Source of the DNA: Paragordius varius
Lineage: Eukaryota > Animalia > Nematomorpha
Assembly (NCBI GenBank): GCA_964247055.1
Contig: OZ176056.1
Location: 6,014,001 to 6,078,000, forward strand
DNA length: 64,000 nucleotides
Direction of reading: 5' to 3'
A program made the translations under genes and the position numbers. Shown here in pieces: positions 27,301 through 39,900 of the stretch. The notes under the pieces were generated by a model. That model did no database searches, was not told where the DNA came from, and was given only the letters and a program-made list of their open reading frames with translations. Each line of letters begins with the position of its first letter. The stretch's first letter is position 1.

Positions 27301-29635
27301 ATTGAGATTGGTTAAATAACTTTGTTGGCGAATGAGGTATATGACGCAGTAAATGGTGCAACAATGCACATGAACGGTATAAGGAATGATTTTTGCGAGG
27401 AGAAGTTTCTTTCGAAATATTTTTTGTTTTTGGTGAAGTTTTGGAATTTGTGGCATTGGTGGGTATTATTGCATGAGAATAATAATTTGAATTGAATTTA
27501 TAACCATGACTCCATACTCGACACAATAGGTCACAAAACATGCCTAGGTTATTTATAATATATCTTAAATTTCATTAAAAAATTCTAATAATAAAATATA
27601 AAACATCGAACTATAGCAAATCAAGAAATTTTAATATAACTACCAATTAAAGTGTTTTCTGCAACAAAGCCAGGGAAATCACTCGTGAATGAGTCGATTA
27701 GATCATTATTTTGTGCTAATTGTGATATTTCATTATAACTATTATCGATGTTGTATGTTTTTAAATTAAGATCACATAATTTATCATTGATTAACTTGTC
27801 GTTATATTTGTGTTCCTTGCATAATTTTTCTTTCAACATTCGTTTTGTCTAAAATATTATTTACGATATAAAACCATGTATTATGTAAATTATAATGATT
27901 AAAAAATACATATATATAGAGTATGACTAAGTACACATTGCTAGAAAGTTTAATTATTGCCAAATAGTAAATAAAACAAAGGACAGTATTATTGGCTTAT
28001 AGTTATATTTTCACTTTATATTTTTATTAACCAATAATCCTGCCTTTAGTTGTATATATTATTTGGCAATTATTAATAACATTCTATCAATGCATACTTA
28101 CTCATACTGTAAAATCTAATATTAGGTTAGTAGAGAAACCATTGTGTCGCTTAAAAATACTTAAATAAATTACAATATTGAACAAAAATGTCTTGATAAA
28201 TAACTGTATATTAAAATTGAGAATACCATACACATTGGAATCAAAAAAATCTAACTAGTTCGAGTTTTAAAAAAAGATGGTTATACCCCATTAATAACTT
28301 ATTAACAAAATTATTGGCCTTGATAGGTATTTTAATATTTTTAGTTATAACCTGTTTAAAAATTTAATTCATCGAACAAATATGATAAAACATAACGTTT
28401 GCGTATACTCTAATTTTAGTTTCATGCAACAAAGCACCGACAAATTTCCAATGGGCATTTGATATTTGGGTTGGTGATAATACGGGAATGTGTTCCACAT
28501 TATCGACTTTTTGAGAATTTGTGGGTATTTGAATTTTATTAGTGACCACATTTAAATTTGTATTGATTTGACCTTCTTCGATCTATATCATCATATAAAT
28601 TTGTTTTATTGATCAAAAGTGAATAATAAAATTATTTTACCTGATCTGCTTGATGACTGATAGAATTCCTTGATAAAATACATATTTTATAAAAAAAATA
28701 ATTAACAGATATATGTAAAACGGTATACCCAATTATCAACTCATTGATCAATATAAAATCTATTGGTATGTTTGTTTCAGATAATTGATATTGTTGATTT
28801 TTTATGGAGCTCTTTACCGAGTGAATAAAATCTAAAAAAATATATTAAATTTTAGTGATCGCTTCAAAAATGCAAAACAGCAAATAAGATTAAAACACAA
28901 TTGCTATTTTGATTATTTGTGGAAAAGTTTAATGCATCTTTTGACAAATTAAAATTAAAAAAAGATCAATTTGATACCATATATTTCAAATATAATAAAG
29001 AATGCGTATTTATAACACAATCTTTAAAAGCGTATAAAACTTACGATAGAAAATCAATAATTTTCTAATATTTAATAAATATAAATGGGGCGTTTTAATT
29101 AAATTTGAATCAAACCGAAAATTACATACCTTTTTCACATATATTAATTGTGATGACATTCTTGAAGGCTTCAGCGGATGCAATAATTTTATCATTATTA
29201 AATATTGAAACATCCATTTTTTCTACTGTAAACAAACAATATCAAGATTAATGAATTATATACATCCAGTTAAAATAAAAAAAATTGGATGTAATTACAA
29301 AAGTTGGAAAGGTATCGCCTTAATACAACGGGTTCCAATAATTGTTGATTTGAAAGCAACATATGTAGAGATGAGAATTTCTATCATAGAAAATGAAAAT
29401 AAAATCAATTTTGATTGGAATTTTGTTTATATGACCAAAAATTACTGTAACATAAAAATGGTAAATATTTTACGGAAAAGTCTATATTTTCCATAATATG
29501 GTGAGATATAAGAGATTGATCAATTGCCGGCGAATGAAATGGTGAATTTGTTTCTTGATGACATAACTTCATCATTTTCATAAAAAACGATAAATAGTTT
29601 TCACTATTGCCATCTTGTTGATCTAAGTTATTAAA

Positions 29636-29684
<49 letters not shown>

Positions 29685-32600
29685 AATTTTTGACGATTTA
29701 ATCGGTCGTACCAAAAATGATTTCATTGGTAATTCATTTGGTGTAAATGCATGTTGCCGAATCAGTGTCAAATAAATAGAGGTAACCATACTTAGTTATC
29801 AAATATATAATCCCATATTTATTGCTAACTTGCATAGCAAATGGGAAATAGTCAATTCGGGAGGATCCGGGGAAGGATTGATATCATCATTATTGATATT
29901 TTTATCAATAAGAGGACCATGAGAGGGGTGGTTAGATATTATCATTAGTATCTGTTGTTCCGATCACAACTCTTCTGGTCAGATAGTTTAAATTCACCTG
30001 GACCTTCTTTTCGCGCTCTTAATTAATCAGTATGTTTTCCTAAAACCTTACCTCTATCTTCGATATTGTATGACAATAATCCAGTCCGCTTTACTACTTT
30101 TTCCTCTCGCCAACCGGCTTCTGACACATTCTTTATAAATACTTTCTCACCTGAAACGAACTCAAGCATACTATCTGAGGTACCATCAATATAATCCGTT
30201 GGTTTTCCTTTCATCCACGACAGCGGTGTCGGTAAATTTTTCTTTTAAAATAGTCGTGCAGGTGTCTCATTTATACCAGTGTGATGTGATCTGAGCCTAG
30301 AATACCTGGTTTAACCGGCGTTCTGGATCTGCTACTTCAGAATTACACATATAATAGTGCGTTTTCAAGGTTTGAATAACCCTTTCGACTAAACCATTTC
30401 GAAGGTGGTACGGCAGTTACATGCTTCATATTAGAGGAACTTAATATTCTTTCAATATTACCGGACTTAAAATACAACGCATTATCAGTTGCAATCATCT
30501 CTGGGGTTCCATATCGTTCAAACCAACTTTCATAATAGTGAGGGTGTTTACTGTTTTAAGCTGTGCCACTTCCACCCATCGGGTACAGTGATTTATAATG
30601 ACCCAAAGTAGAGGTTATATATACTGTCCCGCTATATCAAGATGCAACCATTCCCAAATGGTGGTGTTCGGGTTCCATTTATAAGTCGGGATTACTGCAA
30701 TGTTGAACCGTGACTTTTGACAACCTGAACATTTTACCCATTTTTCGAAAACCTGGTTCAATTTGGACCAAAACACACCAGTCTTATCTGTTGCTTTCAT
30801 GGAAGGGATACGGGAGACCTTTATGAAGATAAGTAAGAATATCGACCCTCATGCTTTAAGGAACAATAAGACGGTCACCTAAATATAGAGGGTTGTCTTA
30901 TTGTTCGATATTATATTTCATTGGTTTTGATGAGAGGTTAATGGTCTGTTCTGATATCGATTTTCTACCATATAAAAATGTTTTAAATTTCTCTAGGGAC
31001 AATAAAATGGCTTTTGCCTCTTTTTCTATAACCGAAGAATTTTTTTCAGCTGGGGAACATTTTTTTGAAAAATATGCAATGGGTCGTTTACTTTCCGACG
31101 TCTTGTGCGATAGGATGGCTCACGAACCCCTCACCAGATTCACCTGTTTCTAATATAAGGTAGAGCCTTGGGTTAAAAGGAAAGAGACGGGTATTATTTT
31201 CTATTAAGAACTTAGCCCTTTCAAAAATATTTTGATTTACATATATCCAACACCATTTGTTTAAGGAACGAGCTAGCTGAGGAGGTACGTTGACAATATG
31301 AAGTATAACGTGAATGAAAGTTTAAAAGGCCTAAAAACAATCGGAGACTTGTTTTATCTTTAGGGGCTGGACACTTGCCAATGGCCTTATTATTAATGCC
31401 CGCAGGTTTTATACTTTTTTTCTGATATAGTAAGCCCCAAATATATAACTTCCTGTTGAAAAAGAATTTAAAACCCATTCGTTCTATTCCTTCAAATAAT
31501 TGTGTTAGGTTTCTATAATAGTTCTCATTATTCCCGTAACAATTCGCTGTTCCCTTACAATCCCCTAATAACTTATCCATGATCTGTTGGAAAATACTAG
31601 GCGCACACGACAGAAGGGAGCCTAGTCTGTTTAATTAAGATTCCGGGTGCACTGTAATTTGAAGATAGACATCTTCTAAATCTAATGTTGAAAACGTCCC
31701 ATGTAAAATTTTAAAAAATCATCAAATGTTGATATTATATATTGAATTGATGTATTTGTTTATTGACACTTTAAAATCTGCGCACATTCTTAACTCATTA
31801 TTCGACTTTAATACGTCTACTAACTGGACCAACAAATTTTAGACTGCTTAGGGTCTACTGGTTCAATAATTTTTAAGGATAGTATCCTTTTCTCTTCACT
31901 TAATTTTTTTGTAAGGCTAAGAGAACCTTTCTAGCCGGAAATTCCCGGCCCCTACTATTGTTTTTCAAAAATATCTATATTGGTTCCCCTTTCCAACAAC
32001 CCAATTTGTATTCAAATAAAGACTTAAATTTTTTTTATATATCGGTTGTGTGATATAATTTATTAATATATAATTCATTAGGCAATGGGATATTGAATAG
32101 CTGGATCCCATCCATGCCAAATATTAGAGGATGTCTTTTTGTAATAAAGCACTTTGTTATCTTTGTTACTTTATAATTCAAGAGTTACAGTTGTTTCTTC
32201 TATTGCGTGTAAAGGATTATTATCATATGTGTTGTCTTAAAATAATGGGTTTTATTTTAGGCTTCTCTATACGTGCTAAAACTTATTAACGATATGTCGG
32301 CCTTTGGGTCGAATAACATTTCGACGTGGGTCGAGTTTATTTTTACATTTATTTAATTTTACTATATTATTCACATGCCTGTTATTGCTGGCATATTTGT
32401 TCTGGCATTGGATGCCACAATGATTTCTGCGGTGACTTTTGAAGCATTCCTTCCTGAAAGCTGGGCAGCATCCGTATATGTGGATGCGACCGCATTTGAA
32501 ACACGGTTTTATGCTAGATTTGCGTCTAACCAGATATTTCATTATCCATATATTACCATCATTATAGCTTTCATTATTATTACCATCATTATAGCTTTCA

Positions 32601-35600
32601 TTATTATGACCATTAATATTACTTTTTATACTAGCATTATTATATATCGCTCTCACTGAGTTCGCTTAGGCGAGTTTGCTTATGCTAAAGCCAATTAGAA
32701 CCTTATTTAACCCCACTGGTGCATTATTATCTAATGCCCTCGGGTAACTGCTAGGTTATTCTTCCTCTGGTTGTTTTTCCACATATGAATATTTCCCTTA
32801 TTAGCTCGTCGATCTAACCTTTGAATTGGCATGCGCCAGCTAAATTTTTGAGTTCTATTTGGCTTTAGCATAAAAAAATTTTCGCCTGGAAGCGAACTCA
32901 GTGAGAGCGATATATAATAAAGATAGTATAAAAGTAATAAAATGGTAATAATAATTAAAGCTATATTGATGGTAATATTAAAATGAGAGATAATAATGAA
33001 ATATTTCTGGTTAGACGCAAATCTAGCGTAAAATCGTGTTTCAAATGCGGTCGCACAAACAAATACGGATGCTGCCCAGGTTTTGGCAAGGAATGCTTCA
33101 AATGTCAGGGTAAAAATCATTTTGGCAGCCAATGCCAGAATAAACAGCCAGCAATAACTGGTATGTGAATAGAGTAAAAAAACCTAAAATAAATGGAATA
33201 AATACTCGACCCACGTCGAAATGTTAATCGACACTAAGGCCGACATATCGTTAGTAATTAGCACGTGGTTTATGATAGGAAAACCTAAAATAAAACACAT
33301 TACTTTAAGACAAACATATATGATAATAATCCTTTACACGTAATAGAAGAGACACTTGAATTATAAAGTAACAAAGATAACAAAGTGCTTTATTACAAAA
33401 AGACATCCTCTAATATTTGACATGGATTGGATCCAGCTATTCAATATCCCATTGCCTAATAAATTATATATTAATTAATTATATAAGACAACCGATCAAA
33501 AAATTTAAGTCTTAATTTTAATACAAATTGGGTTGTTGGAAAGGGGAACCGATAAAGATATTTTTAGAAAACAATAGTAGGGGCCGGGAATTTCCGGCTA
33601 GAAAGGTTCTCTTAGCCTTATAAAAAATTAAGTGAAAAGAAATAGATAGTATCCTTGAAAATTATTGAACCTGTAGACCCTAAGCAGTCTAAAATTTGGT
33701 GGTCCAGTTAGTAAACATATTAAAGTCGAATAATGAGTTAAGAATGTGCGGAGATTTTAAAGTGTCAATAAAATATATATTAACAATTCAATATATAATA
33801 CCCACATTTCATGATTTGATTTCCAAAATTTAACATGGTAAGACGTTTTCAACATTAGATTTAAAAGGTGCTTATCTTCAAATTCCAGTGCACCAAGGTT
33901 TTTTTAAATATATTAGGCTCCCTTCTGTCGTGAGCGCCTAGTATTTTACAACAGATCATGGATGAGCTATTAGAAGATTGTAAGGGAACAGCAGTCTACT
34001 TAGATGATGTAATTGTTACGGGGAACGGACGAGAAGCATTAGAGAAACCTAACACAAGTATTTGATAGAATAGCACGAATGGGTAAATTCTTTTTCAATA
34101 GGAAGTAGAATATCTGGGGTTTACTATATCAGAAAAAGTATAAAACCAACGAGCAGTAAGATTAAGGCCATGTGTCCAGCCCCTAAAGATAAAACAAACT
34201 TCCGATCGTGTTTGGGCCTTTTTAACTTTCATTCATGATTTATACCTTGGCTAAAAACAATTGTCAACGAACTTCATCAGCTAGCTGGTTCCCAAAAGAA
34301 ATGGTGTTGGACAGATGTATATCAAAATATCTTTGAAAGGGCTAAGTTCTTAATAGGGAATAACACCCGTCTCTTTCCTTTAACCCAAGGCTCTACGTTA
34401 TATTAGAAACAGATACATCTGGGAAAGGGTTCGGGGCCATACTGTCGCACAAGACGTCGGAAGGTAAACGACCCATTGCATATTTTTCAAAAAAATGTTA
34501 CCCTGCTGAAAAAAATTATTCGGTTATAGAAAAAAGGCAAAAGCCATTGTATTGGCCCTAGAGTAATTTAAATGTATGGTAGAAAATTCAAAACAGACCA
34601 TAAACCTATTATCAAATTATTCGGGCATCAACGTATATTAAGCGAGCTAAACAATAGTAATTTGCTGGACTTTAAAAACATCCATTTTCGACTTCAACAT
34701 AATGTACTACCCGGGAACCGAAAAAGCAGGATCACTATCAAGACTACCAACTGAGATAACTGAAGAGTGTGACGATGACGAAAATATAGCGCAGGAGGTC
34801 TGGTTGCTATGGTGTCAGGAGTTAAACTAAAACACGGACAGGGTGCTTAAGGATATGAGCGATGAGGAGTGTAAACAGATTAAAGCAGCCCGAAAGACCA
34901 ATGTGGGGTACAGTCCTATAAACTACTAAGAAATGATATCGAACAATAAGACAGCCCTCTATATATAGGTGATTGTCTTATTGTTTCTTAAAGCATGAGG
35001 GTGGATATTCTTACTCATCTTCATAAAGGTCATCATAATATCCAGTTCATGAAAGCGTAGGTAAGACTGGTGTGTTTTGGCCCAAATTGAACCAGATAAA
35101 ATGGGTGCAAAGATGTTCAAATTGTCAAAAGTCACCGTTCAAAATTGCATTAAGCCCGACTTATAAATGGAAGCCGAACACCACCGTTTGGGTGCGGTTG
35201 CATCTCGATGTAGCGGGGCCGTATATAACCTCTACTGGGTCATACTTATAGATCACTGTACCCGTTGGGTTGAAGTGACACAGCTTAAACAGTAAACTCA
35301 TTCAGTATTTTGAAAATTTTAAAAAGGTTTGCACGATATGGAACCCCAGATATGATTGTAACTGATAATGCGTCGTATTTTAAGTCCGGTGATTTTGAAA
35401 AATATTATGCTCTAATATCAAGCATGTAACTTATGCGCCATACCACCCTCTGGAAAATGGTTTAGTGGAAAGGGTTATTTAAACCTTGAAAACGCACTAT
35501 TATATGTGTAATTCTGAATTAGCAGAAATAGAACGCCGGTTAAATCAGGTACCGTGGGCTACATGTCTGCGCATCACAATAGTATAAATGCACCTGCATG

Positions 35601-36889
35601 ACTATTTCTAAAAGAAATTTACCGACACCGCTGTCCTGGATGAAAGGAAAACCAAAGTATTATATTGATGGTACCTCAGATAGTATACGTGAATTCGTTC
35701 CAATTGAGAAAAGTATTTTTAAAAGTCAGAAGCCGGTTGGCGAGAAGGAAAAGTAGTAGAGCGGACTGTATTATTGTCATACAATATCGAAGATAGAGGT
35801 AAGGTTTTACAAAAACATACTGATTAAGAGGGTGAAAAGAAAGTCCGAATAAACTTAAGACCAGGAAGAATTGGAATCGGAACAACAGAATAATATAATG
35901 ATAATATCATAGCTACCCCCTCTCATAGTCCTCTTATTGATAACAATATCAATAATTGAGATGCCAATCCTTCCCCGGTCATTTGTCAAAAATTCCACAA
36001 AAATCAACAAATTCCTTACGGCGATAAGATTGCAGAACTTCCAAGCCTGGAAGTACCAATCGAGAGACGCTATCCCACCAGAAGCCAAAAAGCCCGCGAC
36101 AGATATACGAATCACTTTTCAATTTAGGTAGGGGATAAGTTATGTATGATAACTTAATTGTTTTTGTTAACTTAACTCAATTGACCTTTGACCTTATATA
36201 TGCTTTAATTTTAGAATGAAAATATAAAGTTATACTTCTCTCTTACCTTAATGCATAATAAACTTTTGTCCTTGTTACGTTAAATATGTATATTACCTTG
36301 GTTGTATATGCTTTCACCTAAATACTGTAATATTTAACCCTATGCAAAAATGCAACCTTGCTTTAAAACTATATAATGGATTATATTTACAATATCTATT
36401 TTTTATACCACAATAAATTTTGCTATTATCAGAATATCAAAGCGAAAAAATATTAACACATTCGAATTTTTTATAAATATGGTTTTAAAATAAATTAGCC
36501 TCGTTCAAGTTCCATAGATTTAAAACGAGTCTAAATATGGCATTTTTTACATTAAAATAAAAAAATATAATTATAACTGATTGAGAAGTACTTTCCACAT
36601 CGCATACGTTCGACTGTAAACTGTTTAAAAACAGACGGTTGGAAAGTAATCATTAAAACGGTGGTTGTTTAAATAAGTTAATAATGCTTATTCATGTGAA
36701 AAAAATAATTTTTTTTAAATGTATTAACAATTTTAGTTGCTGTTGTTGTTTATCAATGAGTTTTTATGGTACATCGTAAACTATCCAGCTATACCAACAA
36801 CTAAAAGTTTAAAAAAAATTTAGTGGTGAATTGCCTGTTTTAATACCAAGGAAAGGTTTTAAGCTTTATTTTAATAAAATATTTTAAAT

Positions 36890-36922
<33 letters not shown>

Positions 36923-39900
36923 TTACGAATACATAGATAAAATTTGTTGAGAAACGTGGTAAATAACTGCGTTTCAAACAAAGCCGAATAAAATGGTTGA
37001 TTTTCAACTGATTGTTCCAACAAAAATGCTTCCTTATCAAAGAGCATGTCTGAAGCAGGAACAGTAATTGGCCTAATAACAACACTAGAATTCTCTTGTT
37101 TTTCCATTCCAAGTTTGTTATCATAGGTTAGGGGAGATATATTTTCTTTAGCTAATTTAAAATATAAGAAAAATATTTAAAAATTATTATTTTTGAACAT
37201 AAATTCATAAAATTATAAGATTTCTCAAAATTAACTATGGGAATTCTATGATACTATCTATTAATATTATTTGTAAACCTTAAAATGGGTATATTGAAAC
37301 GCTAATGTATTAAATTCAATGTGCACATAATCATTGACTTTTTTAATCAATATTACCACCTAAAAAATAAGAAATCGAAATATTTTTTATAAATTGCTTT
37401 TAACCAAAAATATACAGTTAAAAAGCAGAAATAAACTATCATAATTAAATATACTTACATGCATTTAATTGAGAAAATGAAAAATCTATGTTAGATGATA
37501 ATTCATTCGATAAAAGGCCCTCAGAATAAGATTGAAGCTGTACGGGTTTGAATACACTTGATTTAACTGGATGGCCCAATAAAAAATTTGGTAAATTGCG
37601 AAAACATTGAGCAAAATGGTATACAAATATGGATCTTATCATAAAATTTACTGCGGTTTGAATAGCCAACATACATGGTAAATCTATAAAATAAATAGTG
37701 TATAAATAATTTTTTAACATAACCAAAATAAAGATATAATTTGCATTTTCAATATACTACTCATGTTCACCTTAAACATATCGAATTCGCCTTTAAACAT
37801 TTCAAATCTCAAACAATTCATATGAACCCAAAAATAATTAGTGCGTTTCTAAAAATGAAAAATGATCTATATTATTTAATATATTAAAAAAATATAATTT
37901 TGTTTAAGATCAACATAATAGAAAAAATAACAAAATATGGCATAAATAAGGTGACCAGATTTTTTGAAGGAAAAAGCGGGACTCTGAGAAGGGGGGGTGG
38001 GGGGTCATTGCGGGGTACAACCAAAAATTTTTATACAAAAAATTTATTGAAATATTTATTTATTTTTAACACAAATACATTATAAATATAAAAAAATTTG
38101 TACCTCACAGGTTGTTTGTACCTTATTCAATAAATTTACATGTGCACGAACAAAGGGTGAAGTGATTGTAATATTCTAGAAAAAAATAATAAAGACTAAA
38201 TCATCACAAAGTGCGCTGGGTGATGCAAGAAGCGGCGCAAAAAATAATTTTAACAATTTAGCGAATAATCTTAATCAAACATTATTGGCAGATACACAAC
38301 GCTATTCAAACAGCTACTGATTTTTTACCCCTGGATGTAGAAAATATAGATGTTAAAATGCTTGGATATTGTAGAACTGTTGGTTAGCTCTTTTGCCAGC
38401 CATTGAAATGTTTGTAAAAATGTGATCTCCTAGAATCCTATTTTTTATCACAGGACAAAGGTCAAAATCAAGAAAAGGTTAAAAAATAATTTTATACCAT
38501 TTCCTAATCGCAATAATATAAAGCATCCAGAAAAACAAGGCTCAATAGCCAGAATATCAAAATGTTTTATACAAACAGAAACGATTATTTGGAAGACAAG
38601 ACGGTGCACAATGACACTTTTTTATGAAGTCTTATTATTAATTGAATAAAAACTTATATTATGGACACGTAGGATAGAAATGGTTAAAATAATCATTTTT
38701 AAACAAACTATGTTCCATACAATAATATTTTAATTATAGTATTTGCATCTTTACCTGAACCACTGCTATTGAACGCCTTTTTCAACAGTAAATTATAGGT
38801 AAGGACACGGAATCAAATTTAAATGTTGAATAAAAGCCATTTTATGTGTTCAAATATAATTTGACAAATTATGAAGATTTATACAATATTTTAAGTAATT
38901 TTGTTTATTTTTTAACACAAAAACTTTAAAGAAAAAATTTTATTCTTTGGTATATTTTTCATGTGAGTGAATGCGTTTTAGCAGATTGTCAACATTTTTT
39001 AAAACATTGTAGAAGTCTTCACAAGAATTTGTCAAATTATTTTTGACAGATAAAACGGCCTTTAAAGTTTCAACATTTAAATTTGATTTTTCCGATGTCC
39101 ACACCTGATTTACTGTGGAAAAACGCGCTCAGAGCGTTAGTGCGAATTCCACAATTTTTAAAATTGTATGTAATATAGTTGGCTTCAAAATGATGAAATA
39201 TTTCCAACCATGTCTTTTCTACTGTATATTTTTCTTTTGTCCATAATTTAAGTTTTTCATATTATTAACGTATCTTTTAACTAATGATACTTCAGAAAAA
39301 AGATCATATTCCGAAAGATTACTTTTTGATTTTTGGGAGCATATATAATCAAATGATTTTTGAACATCGCACCAATTAAATTCTGATTTAAATGTTATCC
39401 AATGAAAATGATCAATATCATTGAAATGCGTCGTCCAGTCTTCCAAATATTACAGTTTGTATAAAACATTTTTATATGGTACAGGCTATCTTGGCGATTT
39501 ATTACTTGTTTTTCTAAATTATTTATTATATTGCGGATGGTTAATGGTATAAAATTATTTTCTAACCGTTCTTGACATTATAATTTTAGGTTATTAACTT
39601 CATTGGCTACTTCGATTGCCGAAATTTTGTCACCTTCTATAAATTTAATAACATTTTGAAAAAGAGAATCTTGATTATGTAAGAATTCTAACCATATTTT
39701 TGAAGAATCACTTTCAAAAAACTTTTTTAAAGTTGTAGGACGTTTGTCCTGTGATAAAAAAAGATTTTAAAGGATCATACATTTTTAATATTCTTTAGAT
39801 AGCTGGCATAAAAGCTAACCAACGAGTTTAACAATATCCAAGCATTTTTTTATATTGAACTTCTGCATTTTCACAGAATTCTTTAAGCGTTTCAACACGT

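Noticed and set aside
32375-33132. Near-identical opposite-strand ORFs suggesting a bidirectional gene pair
   Set aside because: Explained entirely by the Gypsy palindrome (gag and its antisense frames).
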